Of a stretch of 64,000 bases of DNA, positions 23,896 through 37,049 are shown one piece after another. Position 1 is the first letter of the stretch, and every line of letters begins with the position of its first letter. The stretch covers positions 150,476,001 to 150,540,000 of the forward strand of contig NC_058368.1 of the NCBI RefSeq assembly GCF_018350175.1. Reading direction: 5' to 3'. This DNA is from Felis catus (taxonomy: Eukaryota). Both the position numbers and the translations under genes were made by a program. The notes beneath the pieces are model-generated. The model was not told the origin of the DNA. It searched no databases and saw only the letters and a list, made by a program, of their open reading frames with translations.

Positions 23896-26800
23896 TTTAC
23901 TGTAGCATTTTGTTTCAGAGCACTGAGCCCATGTCTGAACAAAGAGAACCCGGTGGCCTGATACTCTGCACTACAGTGTTTATAAGACCATGCTTAAGTT
24001 CCAGCTATTACTGAAGGTGAAAGAAAGAGAAGGCGACAGCAGCTAAGCAGCAGGGTAAGAAGAACAGCTGATGACAACCCGCACTGGTTCTGCCCACGGT
24101 CCCAGAGTGGCTGCTTCCATTTCCAATGCCCTGTGCCGTCTCCGCCACCGCCTGGCAGGAGACTAGATATAGGTTTATTCCAAATGCTTACAGTCACTTC
24201 TGTTGATTACGTACAATTTGAAATAAACATTATGTAATTCCCCAATATCAAGTTGGACTTTCTAGAGTAGAATAGACCTCTTTCCTGTCTTCTGGGTAAA
24301 CAGTGCACAATGCAAAGCTCTGTGCCACAGTGGCCCATTAGACAGAGCTACCCCAGTCTGCTGGCAGCACAACTGTAACGAATACAGTGTCCTTTTCTCC
24401 TTCCTTCTCATTCATTATGGTGTAAGGATGAATTGTTAGCTTTAACTCTGAGCTTCCTGGCATTGGTCCATTTGTATCACCACCCTGGCATTATTTAAAC
24501 ACAGTGTGCTTCATATTTATGAGCTTACAAAATTTCTGGTCTCCTGCTTCTGCCATTCTTAAGAACCATCAAGGGAAAAGGGTGTGACCATAAAAGCTAG
24601 TGTGTAACAAACCTCATTCAAATGCAGGCAGTGTATTGGGAATCTTAATTCTATTAGAGCATGGACAATGAATGTATTTGTGTTAGTTACTTTCCCACTT
24701 TGAGGTTAAACAAACCAGTGAATGGGACTCCGGGTGGCGGCAGAATGAGATACTGCATTGGATGACGCAGGCAGACAAATGCCAGGGAGCATTTTAGAAA
24801 ACAGCAAGTCTCTTTCCTGCCTTCCCATGACTTTTCAGCAATTTGGATTCTGTAAATGGAAATGAATAGCTCCAGCCCTCCAATATCTTCATTCAGCAGT
24901 TCGGTTCTGATGGTCACGTGATGCATTTATCTCTATGGCTCCTTCTAAGAAAATGTACCCCATTGAAAGAGGGTCTGAATTAACTATAGTAAATGTGTTC
25001 TGTCTACTCTTAAATTGATATCCTTTCCTGAATAAAGTTCTAATTTGCAATCATTGCCAGACTGAATAACTTGTCGCAAACCTCCTACTAATGTCACCAC
25101 AAGACTTGTTTTCCACCAAAGTGATTAACTGAATACGGTAGTGTTTGAAACACCACACACACTCACACACACACACACGTGCCACACCTTCGACGATGGT
25201 GTAGCCTACAACACAGGCCCTCTTCCACTGCAGCACCTGTCTGTCCTTAACAAGCATCACCTACTCTGAAGGGGGTTGCCACAAGTCACTTCTACTGCCT
25301 GCCCAAACTTGCACTCCACACATATTTACTGAATATGACTGGGATCCCACATGATTTGTAAGTAAAACTGGAGGAATATCCATTTGCTTGCTTTTCTGAA
25401 GATTAATTTCTTCAGATAGAGGATCTGGTGATGGAATAAGGCCCTAGAAATTTGGGTGGCATCCCCTTACCATACTCTGTCACCAGGGTTCTGTCTTGTG
25501 GGCATAAAGCTATGTTGATCATAGGAAGCATCACTTATCAAGTATCAGAAAAGCACTAGAACTTAAACTCTGTCAAATCAGGTAGGTGCTGACCAATAAG
25601 ATTGAGCAGATGAGAGCAATAAGAATAAAGAAGTTAAACATGGATGACATGGTGTAATTAGATTCTCGGTGTGTCAGGATTTTTACAGGCCTGAAGTCCA
25701 GTAGGAATCACTATTGATAAAATAGCCTAAGCCTCACTTTAAGGAAACTTCCCCTAACCCCACCCCACCATGATAGAAAGAGGTAATCATTCTACTCTCA
25801 CTAAAGGAGAATGTAATACAGATTTCCTGATTACTCACACTGGTTCTAATTTGCAATAAAATTTACCATAATTTTTTCTACAACACTTGACCTCACTGAT
25901 TCTCACCTAATTGGCATTCAATAAATATCTACACTATTGCTGATATTTTAAGACGTTAAGCAGTTATTGAACTTAATGAAACTTGTTTTCTAAGGAAAGA
26001 AAAATTAACTATTTAGGTATTATCAGAGTTCAAATTAAATGTTTATCCTTCAGATTTACTAATTGCAATATCATGAAGGCATAGAGAAAACAACTGATAC
26101 CCACCTATAGATGGTCCCATGGGAATTCTGATATCCTTTTTACCAATAAAGACCTAGAAAAACGTATCATTCTCTCAATGGGTCTAAGAAAAACAAGTAC
26201 TAAAGTAAGACAAGAAAACTTGCCAAAGGTATGAAAATACATTTTGCAAGAAATGTAAAACACTTGGTATAATATTAGATCTCAGGGTTCCTAGTATTTT
26301 ATTATTTTTTTTCAGTTTCTAAGAACTACATCTGTAGAATGTTTGCTAGTAGATCTGTAAGTACAAGAAACAGTGAGATGCGCAAGCTGGCAACCTGTAA
26401 TCACAAAGAGAGATTCAGGCTTAAAAATGTGCTAGGAGGTCCATGACACGTAAAGTTGAATAAAAGGTTTTAAGTTTCTCATTCAATCCAGTCCCTTTTA
26501 ATAAGTCAAAGTATTTAGCAATCAATTCTATCAGGATAGAAAATAAAATAACCTAAGTTGATACAATCTTTCTTAAGCAAATAGAGACCAGACCTACAGG
26601 AGCAAGGAAACAAGGACTGTAAAACTCTTATTCACAACACATCTTTGTCTGAGAGATCTCGTCAGTTTATGTAGGAAACCGTATCACTTATTGGTAGTGG
26701 AAAACCCTCCCTAGCGTTCAGGGCTAAACCATCTGAGTCTTCTGACTTCTGGCTTTGACCAGTCACTCTAGGCCACAAACTTTTCTAGAAATGCTAATAA

Positions 26801-28104
26801 ACACAAATCCATATTTTTAGAATGGTAGAAAAGACAGAAACAGAAGTATTTAAGCCAGGCTTAAACTAGAGCAGCTTATCTCCATTTTATAAATCCCAAG
26901 AAACATCGAAGACTTCCCTATATGTCTTCTTCTACCTCCGCACTCAGAGAGGAGTGTTCTTCCAGTCGAGATACCGTATAATGCTCAGCCACTGAATATC
27001 TTCTACCTGCAAGTTTTATCGGGATTTGGAGCCTATATCACAATTCTCCTGTAGCAGTGAAGTAAAGTCAGATGCAAATGCTTTCTCAGTATGAGATAGC
27101 CCTGCGGCAGTTAGACAAATACATTCAAATGTTAATGTCCCTTGGGTCTAGGAGTGTATTTGGGCATCTCTTTCCATGGTATGTAACCATAAAAAACATG
27201 CACATTTGAGAACCTAATAGTTTTTCATTATGATAGAAGTTCGAAACAGTAAAATCTTCTTACACAGAAAATAGGCAGAGCCTGAACAGTGACTCTGGCG
27301 GTTTTCGTTTTTTTAACCAAGTCAACCAACAAAGGAAGGCCTGTACTCATCAGAATGAGAAAGTATTTCGGCCCCCGTTCCTATTTAGCCCTTGACCTCA
27401 AATGTGACTGACAAGTGGAATAGTGATTTGGGAATGCGAGCAGACACCTGTCCACTGAGGAATGGACTGGAGCCAACAGCTCATTACACAGAAAACTACT
27501 AAACAGCCATTGTAAAACAACGACTTTTCATCACCTGGGTCAGATACAAACCAATAACCTAGAGGTGAAAGGCTGTCCATCAAATTCCAGTTCCCACTTC
27601 CCAGGTCCATTCAATTCCATCTATTCAATTTTAAGGACTCTCCTCTATAGGTTTGTGCGAAAGAGGCCATGTGATTCAATAGAGTTCAGACTGTTATTAT
27701 TTATGGGATGAACTGAAAGGATTATAGATTCGATCACAATTAAGTTCTCCCCTAATGAATCTGCTGGCTTTAAATAATCTTCTCAAAGTGCACATCACTT
27801 TTCTTTTCTCCTTAGACGCTCTTGAGAGAAGGCACACTGGGTGATTTCAATGGTAGATACTCTCAGCCCTGAAGTGGATTTGACATGTAGACGAGCCTGT
27901 TAAGCCCAAGACTGTGAAGTCCACACTAGTTGCAGTGTTCCTGATGTGTGAGCACGTATTCATAAATTAGCAGCCCAAGTGTTTAATTTTCATGCAAGTA
28001 CTTATGTGTTTACTAAAGATTAGCATTTTAATTAGCCTATATTTTTCTCACAGACAATTGGCACAAAATAGTATTTGCAGATACCTGACTAAGAGGATGC
28101 AAAG

Positions 28105-28105
<1 letters not shown>

Positions 28106-28165
<60 letters not shown>
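28106..28165. repeat. (GAAA)n microsatellite
   Basis: About 15 units. Confidence 0.98.
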
Positions 28166-28167
<2 letters not shown>

Positions 28168-30274
28168 GAAAAAAGAAAAAAAAGGAGGGGTGTCACACAG
28201 CTTTATTCAAAAATTCTAATTAGTTAGTCATTCCTTTAGCATGAAAGAAAATGACATGGAGTGTAAGTTAGTAACCACTGAGATTGTGTACGGCTGGTCT
28301 GGTTTGAGGTTTGGTTTTTTATTTTACTTATATATTAGTTATTTTGGTGGGTTTTTTCTTCTCAATTAGAACTCTCTATAGAGAGTTCAGCAAAAGTCTT
28401 TTCTCTCAGACCTCTTTGTATTGTGTATTTGGGTCATGCTTGGAATATTAAACATTTTGTCTCTTCCATTTTAAGTTCTGATAGTGTTAAAATTATGAAG
28501 TGGCTTTAAGTTAGCTAATTTCTAAGAGACATCAAAAGAAAATGAGCTACTTCAGCTCTGTCCAAAGGCTTTCTGCTGTGGTTGGGTAAAATCTTTGCCA
28601 TGAGACTCTCTTAATGGAACGCCTGAAGATATGGAAAAGTTGCTGAGAACACAACCCAAAAACCTCCCCAAAACACCAGAGAGTCTTCATCTGGAAATGC
28701 CCACACTGATGACCAGTGCAACAAAGTTAATCCCTTAGGATTCCTCCCAAGATTGTTTCACAGATGCAAAGGAAGTAATTCAGAGGCTGGGTGTTGTCAT
28801 CATGGAGCAAATCAAAATTATCACAGAGCAAATCAAACCATCACATGTGACTTCACTTTCTCTCCGTTACCAGGTCATTAAAATATAAAGCTTTTTAAAA
28901 TTCCTCTAGCTTTTCTGCTTTTTCCAGGTACAACTCTTTCTTCTATTCTCTACTTCAGTGGGTTTTTTTTTCATTTTGTTCAATAATATTTCCTAGTTTG
29001 ATATATAATCTTGTTCTGATATTACTCCCCCCAAAAAATAACAGTGTGCGATTTATACTTGTTTCATAAATTTTTTCATACAAATTTTCTAAAACTTGGA
29101 GAAGTTTTAGCATGCTTGAGAGGCATTACTATATGTTCACAAATAATTTGTTTCAGATGGTCTAGAATTTATGCAACAACCACCATGGTTTTAACAGGAA
29201 AAGTGAGTTTTTTAAAGAATATATCTTTACTGCATAAAACTTAATTTTTATTTTGCGTTATCTTTTTTCCATGTGATGGTTAATTTGAAGGAAAAAAAAG
29301 ATGGTTTTAAAACTTGGCACCAAAGAGATAAGCGTGCAAGTAGCCTATGGAAATGTCATATAGACTCTTAAACTGTATAATGGAATCGGATCATTTTCTT
29401 TGTCAAAGTTATGACTAGATGTCACATACATATTTTTATGGCATTATAGATAACCATGTGGTGTTATTATAACATGTAACATGACATTTGACAGACATTA
29501 AATAGCTCTCTGAAGTGAAGAGGGCACAAAGACAAGAGTCATCAAAATTCTTATGAAAAATAGAATAAACAAAACAAATGAAAGGGCAAATGATTAAAAA
29601 GGGAATAGTTATTATGATCTCTCTTTCATTTCATAAGATCACTCAGCAAATAAAGCTTCTGACTTTTGGGGCTTTCAATATTATTTTTAAAAATTTAAAT
29701 GTCTGGGGGAAATTTCAACCCCATTGTGATGACCCCAGCTACTTTACAAAGGACGGTGACCTCCTATTTCTAGCAATGATGGGAAATTTTTCCATACAAG
29801 TGAAGCTTGATATCAAAACCTTTTTTGGTTGACTTCAACTCTTTTTATAAAATTCCTTCTGAAATTTACTTCGTACTTCATACTTCCTTACCTTCTCATA
29901 CATGTACGTCCTCATACATACGTGTATGTATGTAGGTTTATCTCTTTTGGTTTTCAGCCGTCCCTACTTACTGCTATCAATATTCCTGTGTCCCATAATA
30001 ACTTCTATATTCTAATTTCAAATTCTAATTGGCTGGAAAACCAATAGCCTGACTTTGGAATTAAGTGAGCTAATGATGATGCATTCTTCTTACCTCTAAT
30101 ATGTGAAATATAATGCAAAAACATGTTGACATCTATGTTTGCTTTTCAAAAATTTCTCTACTCTTGCTCTTAGCTGCATCCCCCATCAGTTTCAGTAGAT
30201 GAATGAATGATCTCTAGATAAAACAGGTGTTCCTAATATTGAAATATTCAAACCTCTATAAGAGTCTGTAGAAA

Positions 30275-30275
<1 letters not shown>

Positions 30276-30307
<32 letters not shown>

Positions 30308-30308
30308 C
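30276..30308. repeat. (AAC)n microsatellite
   Basis: About 11 units. Confidence 0.97.
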
Positions 30309-32174
30309 TAGGAAAGTTAAATTCAATACACTGCCTTCTGACTACTTACTTGATCTGGTCATTTTTAACCTCTGAAGAGTCAACCACACCATAACCTTCT
30401 TTTCCTGCTACCTTATAGACAATCACTAGTTAACAAAAGATTCTTATTTTAGTATTAAGAAAAAATCTAGCTCTGACTGAAATAAATCTTAATCTGCCGC
30501 CCATGCATTCACTTTTAAACTACTGAAGGACACTTTGGTACCTACGCTAAGAAAACATAAAAGACACACCAGTGACAAAACATTGTGTGTTCAGGCAGTC
30601 TGCACCTGTTTATGGTATCAGAAGAGTGATAGCTACATAGCTTAGACATTTTGAACCGTCTCTGCAAATGAATATGAAAGTGCTAGGAACTCAAAACTAA
30701 AACTCTTATCAGACAACCCTTCTTAAGACCCTAGGCATTATGTGGTCCATAAAATAAAGCATCAATTATTTTTTCTCTAAACACAAATAATTTCTCATGT
30801 AAGATGACCATGAGCAATTCAAAAGGCTCTCTACGATGAAATGCTTATCAGAGAGATAGAGAAATCTGCCAAATTTACATAAGAAACAAAATGAATAAAT
30901 GTTTGGAAATACAAAAATAGCTAAGCGCCCTATATAACACCACTTTGTGGCCAGACTAATTATTTGTCATCTTTCTGACTCAGTTTCTTCTTCATCTGTG
31001 GGGATGGAACTACTTAGAAAGGGACAATGCTGGTATTGTCTACTCTGCAGGGTTGTTTGGGGAGTTAATGACTGAGTGAAAGTCTTGTGAATTTATCATT
31101 TCAAATGAGATAATATATGCAAAAGGGCACTGAAAACTTGTTGAGCATTATAGTAATGATTAAAATCAGTATAAAAGAAGTTAGTTATCTGTAAAATATA
31201 CTTTGATGCAGACACACGCTGGATGTAAATATTTCACTGCTTTATGCCATTTCTATGCATAAAATTTTAATTGTAAATGTTAGAAAAGTTATCTCACACA
31301 GAAAGTATGTACCAAAAAAATAGTATTGATAAAAATTTGAAATGAATCCCAGCAGTAACAGCAGTAAGAATGTGAGGGCAATAAAATGTGAAAGTAAACC
31401 TCTTAAGGATGTCTCCAAAACCTTCATAAAACTTCAGAAACAGATTCGATCATTTTAACAATTAAAAAGAAATTGCTTCTGATAAAAGGAAAAAGAACAG
31501 TTCCAAAAAATAAGTTGATCGAGGTTCTGTTTTCTCTAGGAATATATTAATTCTTCTAGTGAGTATTCCATGAAAGACTACTACACGCACCTTTCCAATA
31601 CCTCCTGTTCTTTTTTGGGGTCTCAAAATAGGTATCAATCCCTCAGGAGACCTTCCCTAGAGTGTTCTTTCTGAGAACAGTCTGCATTTCTTCTATCACA
31701 GCATTTCTCACATCTTAAGGCAAATGCTTCTTTCACTCCCCCAATGGACGGTAGCTCTAAAAAGGCTGAGTTCTCTGTCTTGTTTGCAGTGTCAAAAAAA
31801 TATTTGCTGAATTAATAAACAATAGGCCTTGTGCTAGAAAATGGGAATGCAAAGAATACAACATGGCCCCTGACCTCAAGGAGCTAGCAGTCCAAACAAA
31901 CAATGGTAACACCCATGGTAAGTGGAATGAAAGAGGGTCCCCTGGGGTAGGGAGAGCAGGATGTCAAGGGACATTTTCTGGACAAATGGAGTAGGGAGAA
32001 CAGAGAGCCAACCAGCAAGTCACAGAGCCCATCTGGATGATATTCTCCTCATAATAGAATTCTAGGAAATTTTAAATTGAGATCATAAGTGTCAACATAA
32101 ATATTTAGAATTGAGTTACATGAAAAACTGAGTTTCAAAAAGCTGAAAGAGACATTTTAGAACTGCATGTCTAA

Positions 32175-32455
32175 ACTGTTTCTCAGAACACAAGCGTTCT
32201 GGTGTAACATGAATGGTTATTTAGTAAAGAAAAAATAAGAGTTCCACAAATATATTTGAGAAATATTACATAGTTTACCCCAACAGGAAGATTCACAGGG
32301 CTTCTTAGATTATTACAGGCTCTAAGTAGCCCTCTGGGAAAGAACCTTCCTAAATTTTCTTTGAGTCAGGTTTTCCAGAATGGCTTCATCAGGAAGCCCT
32401 TCTTTCAGAGACCACCACTGCCATCTCAATGGATGTGATTTGAAAACACTGATCT
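32175..32455. mobile_element. Ancient hAT-Charlie MITE (MER112-like)
   Basis: ctgtttctca...gatttgaaaacactg termini and an internal gattcacagggcttcttag...caggctctaag motif. Confidence 0.45.
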
Positions 32456-33019
32456 AGACATGCATAAGTTAGTTACGTGTTACCTTCTTCATCGATAATA
32501 TATCATGTAAATTATTGCTTTGTTAGACTATGATATTTCACAAAGTGCATGAAGCATCAGTGACAGTCACCTCAGAAACTATACTAGTGATGATTAGATC
32601 TGATTATCTAGATCAGTGGTCACTTTTTCATATACTTATAAAGGAGAGGGTTAACCATGGTTAGCCCTATATAAATTTTACAGTATTATATATATAGTAT
32701 TTATACGTATGTATATACATATACAAGTCCCCACTTCCACCTTTATCTCTAATACTGAGAAAACAGAGGCACGTTATCAGTGACTTTCCATGGAACACTG
32801 AGCAAGTCCTTCATGGTCTCGTCTTTATGAGAAATAGAAGGGCTGACTTGGATGGTCTCTGACTAGTCTGGCATCACAATCATCCTACATTGATGCTTTA
32901 ATATACATTTTCCCTTTCCATAGCCAATTTTTATCATTAAAAATGTGATGTTAATTTTTAATTGTTTCCTTTCATTCTAATCACCCCTTCAAGGTTAACA
33001 AAAGTGTATGGTATATAGA

Positions 33020-33254
33020 AACGTTTTATTTTGTTTCTGAGACAGAGAGGGCGCAAGTAAGTGAGGGGCAGAGAGAGAGAGAGAGAGAGAATCCCAGGAG
33101 GGACAGTCCCATGAGGGGCAGAGAGAGAGAGAAAAACAGGGCTAACCCAATGTGGGGCCTGTGTTTTACCCGAAGCAAGCTCAAACTCACGAACAGTGAG
33201 ATCATGACCTGAACCAAAGTCAGTTGCTTAACAACTGAGCCACCCAGGCACCCC
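33020..33254 (-). mobile_element. Can-SINE
   Basis: TSD atagaaaYgtttt; head gagccacccaggcacccc. Confidence 0.95.
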
Positions 33255-34719
33255 GATAGAAATGTTTTCAAAGAGCTTTTGATCTCTTAACTGATTGCCT
33301 ATTCCTGTGTAATAGCTATGTTCCAAATGTCAATCCACAGTGGGGCTGTTATTTTTGCTTGTGTAGGAAAATTCTTTATATTTCTAACAGTAAGCCAAAC
33401 CCCTGAACATTTTTAGTTTCACTTCACTTCAATTCTGGAAAAAACTATATTTGTTCCATTACAGTCTCTAAGAGTAGATTACATAATGTATTCCTAAATT
33501 AAGTTATAAATTGAACATTTAATCATGTTTGCACAGAAAATCAGGAACATGTCTTCAGCGGATAGGAAAATTTAAAAGAGCCCTTTAAGTATAGGTTTTG
33601 TATCATCCAAAAGACAGCATTTAGTTTCTCAGAGATGATCACTCTTTTTCTGAAGATTCTAGGAGATAACATTAAAAGACAAAAGCTATGAGGGCTCTAG
33701 AAATCCCCCAAGCTGAAAATGTAGTGAAGACTTCAGAGAGCCAAGACAAAATCTAAAGAAACAGAGCACAACCAGTCGGCAGAGAGTAATTAACTGGATG
33801 AGAGGAATGATCCTCATTATCCACTCAACTGACAGTTGGGATGACAAACTCATGTTTAGGCAAATTGTGGTAACAGGGATTCTTGAATATTTACAGATTA
33901 TGAGTCTCAAAGCTGAAAAAGTTAGGGTTGATGCATTTGAGTCCCATAAAAGAACGTTACACTCTATTGCATCCCTGTGAAGGCAAGGCAGGTAAAGTCC
34001 ATATGCCCTCCCACTGTGTGTGTGTGTTGGGGGGGGGGGGGGAAGGGGTTGGTTTTTGTTTTGTTTTGTTTTGTTTTTTTAGAGTTCCATGCATGGAAGA
34101 AGGAATAAAATTTTGATTCTGGCCCATAAATCCAAAGTGGTTTTTCAAGGTTTACAAATCTTACTCTTTTTGAATTACAGCTCTGCCCTGCTTTGGCATT
34201 GGAAGGCATTCATGACTGCTATCAAGGTAAGATAGAAATTGATGGATTGAAAGACCATGTTTCTTTAGCCTGTGTCATTTGGAGTTTGCTGGAGAGAGCT
34301 GGGATTTATTTTGTGCTCATTAGTTCTAGGACTATGGGGCCATGGTTAGTGCCTCTTATGTTATGTTAATAAATCTCCCGATTTATTTACATGAGGTGTT
34401 AGAGGTGAGAAAACCTGGCTAATCCTCAATGTAACTGAAATAATCTGCATCTTACCAGAGTTCTCTTTTAAAAGTAGCATTGTTTAAGAGTTTGAATTCT
34501 TCCACGTTTGCCATATTCAGAAATAATGTGGTAGTAAAGAATGCCTATCATTGTCAAAGAAAAAAATAGGGATATTATTATTGAAAATTTTAAGGAAAAA
34601 TAGATGTTCTAAGAGTAAATGATTGTCTTTGAAAAAATTTGCCCTATAAAAAGATTAGAGAAAAGCTACACCCACTTTGGTGCAAAGAATCATCTGAGAG
34701 GTAAAAGATCTCAAAAGGA

Positions 34720-35105
34720 AGAGTCCGTTAACAACTGGTCTAGCCAAGAAAGGTAGGAAAGTGCTGCAGGGTAGAGTGTAAGAGCCAGTAGGAAACAGGT
34801 GCCTGCCCAGAAGGGCAATTAGAGAGGCCTGAGCAGAATGGCTCTGGGACCAAGTTTAAATGGTGGAAGAAATTTCTTGGTGAGTTTATCTTTGAGATAA
34901 GACAGTAGTTGCAAATCATAAAGAAACTGGAAAGTGATGAAACTATTAAAAGCAGAGATGAGTTATGAAGCACTAAAAGTCACGCAGTGGATTCCATGGT
35001 CTTAGAAAAGCATAGGCCAAGGCTAATCTACTTATACCCAGAGAGCCTGAAACCGAAACAGGGAGTTAGAGACTATACAGAAAATGGGAGACAAGTCAAA
35101 TAGCA
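34720..35105 (-). mobile_element. L2 fragment
   Basis: Purine-rich text (gcaaatcataaagaa...gagcctgaaaccgaaacagggagttagagactat). Confidence 0.5.
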
Positions 35106-35114
35106 TGGTCTACA

Positions 35115-35290
35115 ACAATGGCTCTTGACCTTCTTTGTCGCTGTTTCAATCACCCGGGAATCTTTTCACACATACTGAAGCCCAACCCTCAGAAATTTGG
35201 ATTTGGGATCCTAGTTGGGGCCCCAGGTATCCCTGTTTTTTAAAGGCTCCAAAGGGATCCCCAAAGTGCTTCTGGGGCTGAGAATCCCCA
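35115..35290. mobile_element. MER5A-like MITE
   Basis: aatcacccgggaatctttt...aaccctcagaaatttggattt...tggggccccaggtatccctgttttttaaaggctcc...ggctgagaatccc. Confidence 0.7.
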
Positions 35291-36132
35291 GGTGGTAGCA
35301 AGGGATTCTTCAAGTTGAAATATCATCATTTTCAGAAATAACCAACTGGCAAAAGGGATTGCCCTATATATTCAGAGTCAGAATCCAGCTAGCTCTCACC
35401 TACCTTTCTTGGCTTATTTTGCATGTACTCCTCAAGTAACCATTTTGCCTACCGTTCTCCAAATATAGTGTTTTCATGCCTCCACCATTCTTTCATGATG
35501 CCTCTTCTGCTCCTATGACATTTTACCTGCCCTGCTTCCTCTTCACCAGCTAGTGAATTGTACTGCCTAGAAATATCATTTGAAAGTCACCTTTTCAGTG
35601 ATGTTTTTTCAGGAGTCTTCTATCCCCGTCTCTATGATTCCATAGCACTTTATTCATTCCAAAAGCTTACCACTTCCTGTTGCACTGTAGTTCAGTATTC
35701 AGTCTGCCATATCCCCAAGACTAGCTACAGCACTCACAACTTGTGCTGATGGCTTGTCCTTAGGCAGCCAAATTTTGAAACTATAACCCGGCTTTGTCTG
35801 CCACAGCTGATCAGGGCAAGCAGCTGATCCAGGACAATGATCCCACAGGATAAGCAGTGACCTATGAGCCAGGATTCAAAGGCAGTTCCACCAGATTCCA
35901 AAATCTGTGCTCTCTGCTCTATGTTCCAAGGCCAGCTTATTTTGGGTAATAAAATTATCTATAATAAGGGGGTGGGGGATGGATCATTAAAAATAACACA
36001 TTTATCATAGAAAATCTAGAAAATAAAAACCAACTAAAATAAAATTTAGATGACCCATAATCCCCAAATTCAGACACAATTAAATTGTTAGCTTTGGGGA
36101 TATACAGATATAAAACTTTATACACGCACACA

Positions 36133-36135
<3 letters not shown>

Positions 36136-36177
<42 letters not shown>
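36136..36177. repeat. (TA)n microsatellite
   Basis: About 20 units. Confidence 0.97.
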
Positions 36178-36180
<3 letters not shown>

Positions 36181-36385
36181 TATTGTATAAAAATGTTACA
36201 TATAAAAACAATTTTATATCTATATATCCCTAAAATTAACATGTATATATGGAGGAATGTAGTTATGAGGAACTGCTATATATAGTTATATAATGAGGAA
36301 AAGATTTTTTAATTATACATATAATTAACTCTCTTTAGGGAATGAAATATTCTTTTATAAGATAATTCAAAATACTATATAATAT

Positions 36386-36559
36386 GGGGCACCTGGGTGG
36401 CTCAGTCAGTTAAGCATCTGACTTCAGCTCAGGTCACGAACTTGCAGTTCCTGAGCTCCAGCCCCTTCTCAGACTCTGTGCCGACAGCCCAGAGCCTGGA
36501 GCCTGCTTCAGATTCTGTGTTTCCCTCTCTCTCTGCCCCTCCCCCACTCATACTCTGTC

Positions 36560-36603
<44 letters not shown>

Positions 36604-36636
36604 TCTCAAAAATAAAGATTTAAAAAGTTAATAAAA
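36386..36636 (+). mobile_element. Can-SINE
   Basis: Head, body and (CT)n; TSD-like aaaatactatata on both sides. Confidence 0.95.
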
Positions 36637-36821
36637 AATACTATATAGTAGTGTGTATTATAAAGTTACTATGACTTACTATTGGACATTTATACTAGAT
36701 ACAATTTTTATAAGTAATACTGCAATAAATATTGTGTTTAAATCTTTGTATTTATTCTTAGTTATTTTAAAAGATCTATTAATAAAAACTGAATTCTGGG
36801 TAAAAGACTGTACATTCAGGA

Positions 36822-37037
36822 CTTTTTTTTTTTTAGTTTATTTATTTTGAGACAGCAAGAGCAGGTGCTTGCATAGGGGAGGGGTAGAGAGGGAGGGAGA
36901 GAGAGAGAATCCCAAGCAGGCTCTGCACTGTCCGCATGGACTCCGACTTGGGACTTGAACTCACGAACTGTGAGATCATGCCTTGAGCCTAAATCAAGAC
37001 TCAGATGCTTTAACCCACTGAGCCACCCAGGTGCCCC
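36822..37037 (-). mobile_element. Can-SINE
   Basis: TSD ttcaggactt; antisense body. Confidence 0.95.
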
Positions 37038-37049
37038 ACTTTCAGGACT

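Noticed and set aside
27992..28219. ORF with RKKE repeats
   Set aside because: Translation of the (GAAA)n microsatellite.
29913..29932. Hairpin catacatac-gt-gtatgtatg
   Set aside because: Low-complexity (CATA)n/(TATG)n sequence.
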